A stretch of 41,490 nucleotides of DNA from Nemertoderma westbladi (lineage: Eukaryota; Animalia; Xenacoelomorpha): assembly GCA_032718475.1 (NCBI GenBank), contig JAUCBJ010004875.1, positions 1-41,490 of the forward strand, in the 5' to 3' direction. How positions within the stretch are numbered: the stretch's first letter is position 1; each line of letters opens with the position of its first letter. Positions 24,960 through 37,429 of the stretch are shown here, in pieces. A model generated the notes under the pieces. That model searched no databases. It was not told where the DNA came from and worked only from the letters and a program-made list of their open reading frames with translations. Both the position numbers and the translations under genes were made by a program.

Positions 24960-25536
24960 CTGTTAATTTCCATGTGGGTGTAGATAGAACGATTTCACTT
25001 TTTGAAGAAAAATAGGCTTAGTTCTAATAGATCTTATTTTACTATCTAAAGCGTTCCAGATTAATGGGCCTTGCATCGCAACTGATTGGTGGGCTACATT
25101 AAGACGAACTTTCGGTATAACAAAAATTCCAGGTGAAGCTGCGCGAGTATTATAATTATGAATTGCAGAAAATTTAGTAAATAAATGTGATAATGTGATA
25201 ATGAGGTTAGAATGTTGTTGTTGATATCAAACATTATTTTACTTGAAATTTATATAAACAGTTGATGGGTTAAATATTTAATTTCCGATATATTGGCAGG
25301 GAAGATGCTTGATAATGGCTAAACGTCATTACCCTAATTATTTTATTGATTTTTATAAGTAAAGGTCTTATAATAGATGAATATGTACTTCCCCAAACAA
25401 TCAAACCGTAATTAATATAGGGGTAAGTAAATCAAATAAAATAATAATATACGAAGAATATTCAGAGGAAATACATGTCGCAATCTATAAAAAATACCCC
25501 CGGATTTCGATATTTTTTAATATATGTATTGAATAT
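24960..25536 (-). mobile_element. Decayed CR1/L2-group LINE ORF2 fragment, continuing at ~35836-35885 across the hAT insertion
   Basis: LDKSLNFRTHIQ (right flank) joins KISKS/GIFYRLRH..LIVWGSTY..QGPLIWNAL (left flank). Confidence 0.72.
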
Positions 25537-27154
25537 TAGGGCGGTGCGTTTTTTACTTTTTTTCGATTTCATTGTTCTACCGGTGCACAAAAGTTGCCAA
25601 ATGGTAAAAAATATGGCAAAAAAATTTTATTAAAATTTCGTCTATATCTTCACGTATCCAAAGAGGGTTGAAATCCATCAAGTTGAGAGCCATCGCGATG
25701 CACCATAATGAAATTTAGAACAATATAACACATTGATGAAAGATCCATGGCTCAGGAAAGAACTTCCTGCATGCATCAAATGCCATCAAATGGGTCCAAA
25801 CTTAGTTAGATACCAAAATTTACATTTTTGGATCAATGGAACTAGTGCCACAGGCACATGGCCAGTACCTACCATTTGGCACAAGTGTTGATTATTCTCA
25901 ATTTTCGCGATGGCCAACTTTGATTTCTCCAACTGCATTAATATTATGCTCATTAGAATCGCAATGACCGATTTAGTGGGGGTAAACACCTTCAAAACAA
26001 ACATAGATAGAGCGAATAGTTCTTGAGATATCACAGAAAATGTGAAGTCCAGCACAAGTCTACATTACCGACTTGATGTGATATGGACAAATACACGAAA
26101 AATGATACTTTGAATTATCTCAAGAAATCAAGAATAGACCCATCACAGAAATGATCGATGTAGTGGGTGTAGACACCTTCAAAATAAGAGTAGAGTCATT
26201 AGTTCTTGAGTTATTTTACAAAATGTCAAGACTATATCCACCAATTAATACTTGATATTGAGTTGACCCATTCCACACATTTTGTACAAAAACTATAGTG
26301 AATTAATCACTACTCTTTAATTTTGAAGGTGCCTGTATACACTAAATCAATTTGTTGCAGTGATGTGTATATTTTTGATGCCTTAAGATAATTAGAAGTA
26401 ACATTTTTGAGTATTTGTCCATAAATCGGTAATGTTGACTTGTGCCGGATTTAACATTTTCTGCAATATTTCAAAAACTATTCGCTCTATGTTTGTTTTG
26501 AAGGTGTCTACCCCCACTAAATCGGTCATTGCGGTTCTAATGAGCATCATATTAATGCCGTAGGAGAAATAAAAGTTATCCATCACCAAAATTGAGAAAA
26601 AGAGTCACTTGTGCCAAATAATAGGTTCTGGTCATGTATATAATTCTCTATTTAATAAACACAAAAGAAAACACAAAAATTTACTTCCGGTTCACTTGCA
26701 CCAAATAAACATAAACATATGAACAACAAACTGACCAACAAACAAACTGACCAATAACCTACCTAAACCTATCAGAAATATTATTAACAGACGCTATATG
26801 TATTCAATGAAAGATTTTTACTAATATTGAAATTAATATGTAGTTCACATATCCACTTACGCCACAATGGGGAATATACTATCGAATCCAAGTTGATTAT
26901 ATTGTAAATAATTGTATTTTAAGACTTATTAATTCTAGTCATTAGGCTGTACAGTGTACATAAGATTACGTATTACTGCCGCACCATTCGGCATATAATT
27001 AGAGACCCACATTTCAGATGCACAGCAATACTTAGGATAACCCATAAGCAGCCTAAAAATGTTATTATAAGAGACTATAAGTTTGTTAAGACATGACTTA
27101 GGGTAATTGCACCATAATTGGGCTGTATATATTCCACTACTAAAAGAACGATAT

Positions 27155-30100
27155 TGCGGCAATAGCGACTATGGTACCAGTACCGGCACTATATACTTTC
27201 ACTTTGATGACGACCGAGAGTCTGACTGCGTCTGTCATCTGTAGATACGTAGGCTATCAGTACCGACTGTCCTGTCTACCGGTATTATGTTTGGGCCTAG
27301 ATCCGTGTAGCCCAGTAGGCTACCTTTATTCGATATATACATTATATATTATTATACTCATCTGCTCTGGCATTACCGGTACATGTTTCGACTTTACAAC
27401 ATTGCCTGCACGGCGTCCCGATAACAGGTATGCGGGACCGAGAGTAGATTCCCCCACATACATGGCGCAGTGAGTTTACCGTCACCTGTTACAGGGAGAA
27501 ACCTCTACGGGATCTCCAACACTACTAATTTGTTTCCTACGTATTTGATAATTTGGGCCCATGCCGCAAAAACCCATGTCACCGCCCACGGCGGACAGCA
27601 GCAACGGCGACGAAACTATAGAAGCCCGAGGCGGCAGTCACACTCCTATCCGGATGGACGACCTCGCGCGTATTCTCGCCCAACAACAGACTGCTATGGC
27701 TCAGCTGCTGGCGCAACAGCAGGAAGATGCCAACCGTCGCCAGGCGGCCGCGGACGACCGCATTGCTCAACTCCTCGCGGCTTTACAACCCGGCGTGGCG
27801 GCGGCCGCCGCACCGGGACTGCCGGCGACCCAACCCACATACGCGGGAGCCGCTACGAACCCAGCTCCACGACGCCGGGTTATCGACATCTCCGCCATGG
27901 AGAAGATCGACGCGGACGTCGACTTCTCCTCGTTCCACCGGTGGAGGCAGGCGTGGAGGGTCCACGCCCACCGGCAGCAGGTCGCCACGTTCCCCAGGGC
28001 GGAGCAGGTTTACGCTCTCGTCGCCGCCCTGGGCAGCGACCTCCAGGAGACCATCCGCGTCACCCTCCAGGTTGACATCGAATCGGACGAGACGACCCCG
28101 GAGACGATCCTCGACGCTCTCCAGGCCCACCTCCGCTCCAAACTGAGCATCGCGATCGACGCCATCAAGTTTCACGAGCGCCGCCAAGGTGGGAACGAGG
28201 GGTTCGACTCCTTCAGGGTGGCCCTGTAGGACCTCGCGGACACCGCCGAACTCTGCGGCCACTGCCGGGACCGGCAGATCGTTACCCAAATCCTCGTGGG
28301 TGTGCGGTGCTCGGAGACCCGCACCGAGCTGCTCAAGGTGCTCCCGCAGCCAACCCTCGAGGACTGCGTGCGGATCGCGCAGAGTGTGGAGGCCAGCGAG
28401 AGGAACGACTCCATTCTGGCGAGCAGGAAACCGATCCACAAACTCTCCTCCTACAAACGCGAACGTTTGGTTTCCCAAACCCCGGCGGCCTCCCGCACCC
28501 CGGCGGGTTCTCGCTACTCGTCCCCCGACCCTTCCCGTCGAACCAATGCATCCAACAGTTGCGGCAACTGTGGGCGAAACCACGACAAGGGGAAGGACTG
28601 CCCCGCCAAGGGTATCACGTGCCACGCCTGCGGCAAGACGGGGCACTTCAAGTCGGTGTGCCGGTCTAAACCCGCACCCAAATCATCGAAGGTTTCGACG
28701 ATCTTCCGACAACGGAGCGTCCACAGCTCGGACAAAGACCGGACGACCAGCTGCGACCTAAACTACATCTCTGTCGATGTAACAAACTCGAGGACCAACC
28801 GGTTTATGGGACGGGCCCGCCACTCCCTCCCGGATAGCGGAGCGGCTGCCTCTGTCCTCAACGAGAAACTCTTCCTTCAACTCGGGGGTCGCCATGCCGA
28901 CCTCCTCCCGCTACGGGAAGACGACAAGTTCGAGGCGGCGAACCAGCTCCCCATGGCGGCCGTGGGGCGGTTCCCGGTGGAGCTCGAATACTTCGGGGCG
29001 AAGGCAATCACCGAACTGGTTATCTCCCCGGAGTCCGACGGTTTAATCCTCTCCAAGAGGACCATCCAGGACCTCGACATCCTCCCGCGGAACTTCCCGG
29101 CTCCCCTCCGCAGCCGAGGAACCGTCGCCTCCATCGCTCCATCCCCGGCGACCCGCTCCCGGGACGACTACCTCCGCGAGTTCGACGACGTCTTCGACGA
29201 CAACTCCGCCCCGCTCCCGATGATGCACGGCCCGCCCATGCACATCCTGCTGAAAGACGGGGCGACGCCGTTCCACGTCAACGGCGCGCGACCCATCCCG
29301 TTCGCGATGCGGGACGAGGTAAAGGGTCTCCTCGACAACCTGGAATGGAGGGAAGTCATCGCCCGGGTCGACGAGCCAACAGACTGGGCCCACCCGATGA
29401 CAGTGGCGAAAAAACCGGGGGGTAAACTGCGACTTTGCGTCGACCTCCGCCACTTAAACTCGCAGGTGCGACGTCCCTACTATCCCACCCCGAGTCCACG
29501 GTCGGCGGTGGCCGGAGTTTCTTCCACCGCCCAGGTTTTCTCGGTATTTGACGCCGCCAGTGGCTACTGGCAGGTTCCCCTGGACGAGGAGTCACAACTC
29601 CTCACAACTTTCGCGACTCCCTGGGGCCGGTACCGTCACACCCGCAGCGTCATGGGGCTCATCTCGTCCGGAGATGAGTTTAACCGGCGGGGCGACGACG
29701 CACTCCAGGGACTCCCCAACCTTATCAAGGTTGTAGATGACGTGCTCCTCTACAACGACACCATGGAGGAGCACCTGGCCAACGTCGGCCGGTTCATGGA
29801 GCGGTGCCGGACCCACGGCATTACGCTGCACCCTGGGAAGGTACAGTTCGCCCAGGCCGAGGTTCGGTTTGCTGGGTACCTCGTCGGCACCTCCGATATC
29901 AAGGCCGACCCGGAGAAACTGAAGGCGATTGCCGCCTTCCCCCACCCAGGGAACATTACTGACCTCCGCAGCTTCGTGGGACTCGTGGAGCAACTCGCTC
30001 CGTTCTCCGGCAACATCGCCGCCGCCATATCTCCGCTCCGCCCCCTCCTCAGTACGAAGGCGACCTTCACCTGGACGGGGGACCACGAACGGGCCTTCGA

Positions 30101-32116
30101 GGCCACTAAACTGGCGCTCACAACCCCACCGACCCTCGCCCCGTTCGACACGACCCGGGAGACCCGCCTCGTTACCGACGCCTCCCGGCTGAAGGGCCTC
30201 GGATACGCCCTCCTCCAGCGGTACAGGAAGGATTGGAGGCTGATCGAGTGCGGCTCGAGGTTCACCACCGACACGGAGTCCAGGTACGCCATGGTGGAAC
30301 TCGAGCTCCTCGCCGTCGTATGGGCCATCCAGAAGTGCCGGCTGTATCTTCTCGGCCTCCCCCACTTCAACTTGATTGTCGACCACCAACCGCTCGTCAC
30401 AATCATTGACAAGTATACGGTGGACGCCACAGACAACACCCGCCTCCAACACCTCAAGACTAAACTGGCCCCGTACCAGTTTACTACCACGTGGACCAAG
30501 GGGAAGGACCACGCCATCGCCGATGCGTTGTCCCGCGCCCCAGTCAATGACCCCACACCCAATGACATCGTCGATGATGGGGACATGGCGACCTACATCA
30601 GGGCAGTCACCCGCCAGTCCGCCGCCGACATAACCGGCTCCGACTTCACCCACCTCGCTGATCCCGTCCTCGAGGAACTCGCCCGAGTGGCTCGGGACGA
30701 CCCGGACTATAAAGCCCTACTCGCGGCCATTGAGTCGGGCTTCCCGGAATCCGGCCGGAAGGAACCGGCTGTCAACATATACTGGTCCGCCCGGGACCAG
30801 TTAACTTTGGACGGGGACCTAGCCTTATTCGGCCACCGTATTGTGGTCCCCACAGGGTCCCGGAAATCCACCCTCGCACGCCTACACGCGGCACACCAAG
30901 GGGTGGAAAAAATGCTACGTCGCGCCCGGCAGTGTGTATACTGGCCGGGCATCACCAACGACATCCGGACATCCGTGGGCGCCTGCAGCGTGTGTCTGGC
31001 CTGTCAGTCAAGTCAGACCAAGGAACCATTTCTGACGGAGCCCCCACCAACTCGCCCGTTTGAAGATATCTCGGGAGATTTCTTCTCACTCGACGGGAAA
31101 CATTTCCTCGCCACTGCAGACAGATATTCCGGATGGCCGGAAATCTACAGTTTCTCCGCCCCACCCACTGCTGCCCGGACAACCACCGCCCTGCGTGACT
31201 GGTTCGTCCGCTACGGGGTACCAACCCGCTTCCGGTCGGACGGCGGAACCCAGTTCACAGCAGCAGAGCTGACCAGCTTCCTGAAAGACTGGGGGGTCAC
31301 ACCGGTCACATCATCGCCAGAATACCCCCAGAGTAACGGGCACGCTGAATCAGCAGTGAAGGCCCTCAAGCGCCTACTGGAGAAGACTGGGGTGTCAACG
31401 ACCTCCGCCGCGTTTCAGGAGGGGCTCCTGGAACTCCGAAACAGCCCCAGGGAGAGTGGCTTCTCCCCAGCGGACATCGTGTTCGGCCATCCTATGAGGT
31501 CGCGCATTCCGGCCCACCACAGCGCCTTCGCTCGGACACTCCAGGAGACCCGGACGGAGCTAGACCGAGTGGCGCCAGCATTAAAATCAACCAGGACCGC
31601 CCAATACAACCACGGAGCGAAGGCCCTGGAACCACTCGCGGTGGGCACCAGGGTCCGGGTTCAACACCCGACCAATAAACGGTGGGAGCGCACCGGCACC
31701 ATCGTTGAGTCCGGTAAACACCGGAAGTATACTGTCCGGATGCCTTCCGGACGCACACTCATCCGGAACCGACGCCTACTTATTCCGGACACCGCCCTCC
31801 AGGAGACACCCACAGCCCCCAAACTCGTATGCTGGCGTGAACCCCTCATCGAAACTCAACAATTTGATAAACTTTCAGTTTCCAAATACCCGAGTCGGGT
31901 ACGTCAGCCACCCGACCGACTCTGACATGAATTTTGATGAACGAATTTTAGCTCGGCACCGCCTCAGACGGCTAACCCGAGCTCGAAGGGGGGTGTGGCA
32001 ATAGCGACTATGGTACCAGTACCGGCACTATATACTTTCACTTTGATGACGACCGAGAGTCTGACTGCGTCTGTCATCTGTAGATACGTAGGCTATCAGT
32101 ACTGACTGTCCTGTCT
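27155..32116 (+). mobile_element. Ty3/gypsy LTR retrotransposon, Mag clade
   Basis: 5' LTR 27155-~27460; PBS TGGCGCAGTGAG at 27463 (tRNA-Ser-like); PPT GAAGGGGGG 31985-31993; 3' LTR 31994-32116 truncated, 2 mismatches in 123 bp. Confidence 0.96.
27561..31925 (+). pseudogene. gag-pol: Single-frame gag-pol with one in-frame TAG at 28227-28229
   Basis: ORFs 27561 and 28296 share a frame; tandem zinc knuckles CGNCGRNH..C and CHACGKTGHFKSVC, protease DSGA, RT VVDD, RNase H TDAS/ADALSR, integrase HHCC and D,D,E. Confidence 0.93.
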
Positions 32117-34357
32117 TTCCTTACAAATGTTTAATAATGATTGTAATCCTTTAACTGAAGGTGATATCAAAACAAGATCATCAGTGGATAACAAATGATT
32201 ACATAACAGGTTACCAATATAACACCCTATCGTAACTTTATTTAATTTAGTTGATAAGCAGTCCATATATACGTTGAATAAAAAAGGGCTCTAAATACTA
32301 CCCTGTCTACAGCCATTACTTACATTAAAAAAGACGATATCACACAGCCCCATCTACACGCAAATAATTGATGTACATACCAAAATACAATAAGTCTTAC
32401 AATATAATTAGGTACACCTCTACGTACTAAAATATCAAAAAGCTTATCATGGTTAATTCTATCAAAGGCTTTACTTGCATCAAGAAACGAAACAAACAGT
32501 TAATTGACGGTATTTATATAACATTTCCTTTAGAGAGTATATACACATATCAGCTGTACCTAACTTTGACTTGAAACCAAATTGGTTGTGAGACGTTTTT
32601 AAGTTATCCGCGATCCTATTTAGTATTATTCTTTCTAGAACTTTGGAGACAACGCTAGCTAATGCAATAGATCTATAATTATCTTTACTATTGAGTTTAC
32701 CAGTCTTGTCTTTAATTATAGGTACTAAAATTACGGTAAGTAAGGATGACGGGAGAAATCCATTCACCATAAAACCGGTAAACAGCGACGATAAAATCGA
32801 ATTAATTAAATCATTAGAAAATTTTAGGTGTTCTGCAAATATGTTTCAAACCCGCTAGATTTATTTTCACATAAAGATTCAATACTATCGTGTGTCCGAG
32901 TTCGCTCGACCTAGTAGTAGTACTATCGCGTACTTCGTCAATACTAACTAATATATAATTCATATCTGCACAGTTAAATTGGCTCGTGTTTCTAATAAGA
33001 CAATTAAATAAATCAAAAAAATGATTTCTCCAAAGGTTTGCTATATTTTCTGTTCCAGTTACACCATCAACAGGTGTTGGTAGTGGCATATTACTATTAT
33101 TTATTTTTTTAACTTCCTTCCAAAAGTCTCTGCTATTATTCGCAGAAAGTTTTCTGGCCAAAATATCCTTACGTATTTGAGTTTCATGTCGCTTAGCAAT
33201 CCTTACGGCGTACTTAAGTCCTTACGGCGCACTCGAGAGGTGTACAGGTTCCGATTGTTTTAGGGCATTAACCACCGATTCGTAATAGCCCTCTAACTCA
33301 CAGGTATGATTAGTATTATATGATTAGATTTATATTAGTGCATAACAAAATATCGGCCGGCCTATTAATGGCTTTCAAATTAATACTGGTTTTTTTATTA
33401 TATGTTAAAATATCTTGGTGGCTTTGGACCAACTGAAACGGTGATTATCATTTTCATTGATTATTGGCCCATCTATCTCTGCAGCAGGGACAGCGTCAAC
33501 TGACAAGTCTACCGAAAAAGGTATGTGATCGTCACCAGTACACTTATCATACAAAATATTCAGACTAGATATAGCCTCGTGGGTGTCTGCAGTTGTGACA
33601 CAATGGTCTAGCCACGACACAGTGTTCCAATAATTATCTACGTAAGTAAATCCCTCAACACTAAATATGTGACTTGATAAATTTAAATTAAATTCACTAC
33701 AGAAATCAACAAGGTGATTGCCAAAAAGACTTGTGGGGTCAGAAATATCCGAATTAAAATTCCCTAAAATAAATGTAGAAGTAGTATTTAATTCATCTAC
33801 TAAAGAACCACTAGCTCCTAATTTAAGTAAAAATTCTGGTTCGTTATCAGTTTTTTCATATGGTAAATAGACACATATAATTACGAATTTACGTTGATCG
33901 ATTGTAATTTCAATCCCACCCAACCAATCATAATCTAACTCTAAGGGTCTTACATACTTATCGAGGTGCGATTTCCAAAAAATTGCTACACCTCCTTTGT
34001 TACGACCATGACGTATACCAGTATTGTAGTCAGTCACAGCTGCTCCGGTTCCATGCATACCTGGGCAAATACTATTCAGCCAGCCAAGATCTTGTTTACT
34101 GAACCAAGTTTCTTGTAGGCAGATAATCTCATTATCCTGAAAAATATCTAAAACTGCAGGTTTTAAAAAACCCCTTTGACGATTATCAAATAACCCATTA
34201 CAGTTAAATGAAGCTAACTTCATACAAGTCCATAACTCAGCGGAAAACCCCTTCCGATTTGTAATTAAACATCAGGTACATCAGCCAGCCTCTGTAGGCC
34301 TACGCCAGCCCGGCGAACCCTTTCTCCAGAGCACCGTCAGGCCAAAGATCTAGGTTT

Positions 34358-35206
34358 AAGAGAACCTGGGGCTCGGAGCTCAGGATCTATACTTTGAATG
34401 AGCTATAGTTGTCGTATCGTGTCTTAAGTTTTTCACATTTCAGTACGCTCGTGTCGTGGATGCCCATCTTCTTAGTCAGGTATCGTGTAAGGACATCAGG
34501 TTCAAGGTTAGGAGAAAAACGGGAAGCGAAGACGCATTGCGCTTGATTCGAAACTATTCCAATCAGGAACTCCTTGTGAGCTCCAGCACTGCCAGTTACG
34601 GTTGGTCGAGGCCTCCGTGTCCCGTTCCAGCCACCCGCTTGGAACCTGGCGGCTGGTGCCAGTCAGGAGGAACGAGGTACGGCCAACAATGCGGAAGAAT
34701 CACGATTAACGTTGCGGAGTCACCCTCCAACTCGTACTTGAGATGTCCAGGCGGATTCATGATGGATATCTCTATCAGAAACAAGAGAACCTGGGGCTCA
34801 GAGCTCAGGATCTTTACTTTGAATGAGCTATAGTTGTCGTATCGCATCTTAAGTTTTTCACATTTCAGTACGTTCGTGTCGTGTATACCCATCTTCTTAG
34901 TCAGGTATTGTGTAAGGACTTCAGGTTCGAGGTCAGGAGAAAAACAGGAACAAAGACGCGTTGCGCTTGATTCGAAACTATTCCAATCGGGAACTCCTCA
35001 TCAGCTCCAGTGCTGCCAGTTATGGTTGGTCGAGGCCTCCGTGTCCCGTTCCGGCCACCCGCTTGGAACCTGGCGGCTGGTGCCGGTCCAGAGGAACGAG
35101 GTACGGCCAACAATGCGGAAGAATCACGATTAACGTCGTGGAGTCGCCCTCCAACTCGTACTCGAGATGTCCAGGCGGATTCATGATGGATATCTCTATC
35201 AGAAAC
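34358..35206. repeat. ~425-bp tandem duplication within LINE ORF1
   Basis: 34358-34782 and 34783-35206, scattered substitutions and one indel. Confidence 0.93.
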
Positions 35207-35889
35207 ACCCTGTGGCGGATTCATTGCAGCAGAAGAAAACGATTGCGAAAGTGTTGGAAAATCACGATTATCAGAGGAAGGAACTAATCTCACTGTCCCA
35301 GATTCTATTTCATTCACACGACCAGATAACCCTCTAACCAGGCCCGTTAGGTGCTCTACAGATTCAGTGTGCATGGCAACAGTACTGCAGAGAAGTTTAA
35401 CATCTTCACTGTTTTGTTTCGCAGTCGAGAAAAGTTTTTGCGGTTCTAATGAGCATCATATTAATGTCGTAGGAGAAATAAAAGTTATCCATCACCAAAA
35501 TTGAGAAAAAGAGTCACTTGTGCCAAATAATAGATTCTGGTCATGTGCCTGTGGCACTACTTCCCTTGGTCCCAAAATGAAAATTTTGGTATCTAACTAA
35601 GTTTGGACCCATTTGATCATATTTGATGCATGCAGGAAGTTCTTTCTTGAGTCATTGATCTTTCATCAATGTGTTGTATTGTTATAAATTTCATTATGGT
35701 GCATCGCGAAGGCTCAAAATTTCAACCGTGAAGATATAGACGAAATTTTTTTTTATTTATTTTTTTACCATTTGGCAACTTTTGTGCACCGGTAGAACAA
35801 TGAAATCGAAAAAAAGTAAAAAACGCACCACCCTATTGAATATGTGTTCGAAAATTTAAAGATTTATCTAGCAGAAAAAAACAGGTTCA

Positions 35890-36297
35890 AACAATAAATT
35901 TATAAAATTGACATATTTCAAAATTTAGTGCTGGCACCAAAATTTGGCACCCGCCGAAAAAAGAAAGTTGGAAATTTCTAAATTAATTTATATTAATTCC
36001 ATCTAATTTCAAACACCAAAAAAACCGATGCAAATCAAAAATAGAGATAATACAATTAATATTTAATGAAATGTAATTTTCAAAAAACGTCTCAAAATAG
36101 TGCCAAAAGTAGGGTTCAAAAATGGTTCTATAACTCGAAAACTACCCAATATTTTTGAAAACAGTTTGCACTACTAGGAAGACAATAGATTTTTAGGAAA
36201 AGTCTTAAAATTTCAGATTCCCAACTGCGTTTGTTTCAGAATTATAATAAGAAAACCACGGGGGGGGGGTCATATTGACCCCCCGGGTTTAATAGGG
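35890..36297. mobile_element. Right end of a piggyBac-like non-autonomous element
   Basis: Ends AGGG|TTAA with subterminal GGGGGTCA-TAT-TGACCCCC hairpin; left end not found. Confidence 0.5.
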
Positions 36298-36319
36298 TTA
36301 AGAAATTCATGGGTTGTCC

Positions 36320-36490
36320 ACCTGGCTTACTTTCTCCATGAGGCTGATAAAGCACAGGAATGTGCACAGGCTGATCCCCACAGGGAAAGCAATGTCCTGC
36401 AACGTTGAGGCATCTTTGCCCAGCAGCCCAAGTCTCAAGCTTGGTGGGACCAATGGGATACCTCCAATATTATATAATGTTATAATGTTA
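36320..36490 (-). mobile_element. Short fragment of the same RTE-group LINE family as 19993-21152
   Basis: GAAAGCAATGTCCTGCAA...TCAAGCTTGG...ACCTCCAAT shared with 20247-20330. Confidence 0.75.
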
Positions 36491-36887
36491 TATATTTATG
36501 GTCTGACAAAAATGTCCCTTTTCTCGTGGCCAGCCACATATATTTGTGCTGCAATTTGGTGCCACCAAACTAGAAACTTATAGGGCCTATTAAGTACTGT
36601 AGTTTACCGAGGTGTACAGTTCGTATAGTTTAATTTAAATCTACTGTATTAAAGTTAATTGTGTGTGTTACATAGGTACTACTGTAGATCTGGAGAGTCT
36701 ACTGACGCTTATTGCCGCCATCCAATCATCAGCTGGGTTGGGTACTGAACTCCGCGCTGCCTCCAAATTTTACTTTGGAGTTTCAGGCAATAAAATAATA
36801 ATAATAATTATTATTATAATGTTAACTATAATTTTAATGTATAGTATATTTTAATTTAATTATGCAATCCGCAGTTTTACTATTTAC

Positions 36888-37092
36888 CCTGTTGGGGGTG
36901 TAGACGTAGAGGCTAAATATATAATTGTACAAACCCCAATTTACCACGGTATTGGTAGTGGTAATAAATGAAAGGCACGGGGGTGTCCTTCGTTGTTCCC
37001 ACAAGCATGTCCCCCCACATTTGTCAACCACAAGTAGCCATCCCCTGTCTCCATCACAGCCTCCATAATTTCGGTTTATGAAGAAGTGTCGG
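36888..37092 (-). CDS. Probable exon (or pseudo-exon) of an uncharacterised Cys/Trp-rich invertebrate domain protein
   Basis: TTCATTTAG acceptor then RHFFINRNYGGCDGDRGWLLVVDKCGGTCLWE, a motif I recall from uncharacterised marine-invertebrate proteins; 3' boundary uncertain. Confidence 0.55.
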
Positions 37093-37429
37093 CTAAATGA
37101 ATTCAAAATTTGTCAATTAATTATATTAAAAAATTGAAATAATTAGTATTTTGTTATTATTCATAAGTTTTAAAAACTGCAAGTTATGATGCAGTAAGTT
37201 ATGTTATTGTAGCGTCCACTCGATGGCTTACCTATCGTTCGGACACTTAACTCGTTTCCTTGAGTATTACGTATTCTAGAACATATAAAACACAACAATG
37301 TTTAACAATAATAAAATAGCTCACTAGTACGTTAGTTATTTATATGTGGCATTTACATCCCCCACATTGGTGACCCGGACGTTAGATTAATTACCTAACT
37401 TAATAATATGATATTAATATGATATCACA

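Larger units (their letters stand above)
26638..35437 (-). mobile_element. Degenerate near-full-length LINE, RTEX-like (ORF1 plus APE-RT ORF2), split by the gypsy element
   Basis: ORF1 remnant (FV..YSSFKV..LWPDG) 34310-35374; APE 33405-34223 (FNCNG, CLQETW, GGVAI, SWLDH); RT (VPIIKDK, NYRSIAL, QFGF, STDDLVL); C-terminus YNNIFRLL..CASEMWV at 26935-27154. Confidence 0.88.
25537..35835. mobile_element. Non-autonomous hAT foldback-like element (~1.4 kb own sequence) containing nested insertions
   Basis: TAGGGCGGTGCGTTTTTTAC...GTAAAAAACGCACCACCCTA termini; exact 8-bp TSD TTGAATAT (25529-25536, 35836-35843); inverted arms several hundred bp long. Confidence 0.95.

Noticed and set aside
27470-31849. 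Long antisense and alternate-frame ORFs (e.g. 29592-30653, 27783-28646)
   Set aside because: Expected shadows of a high-GC gag-pol; no recognisable domains, no env-like features.
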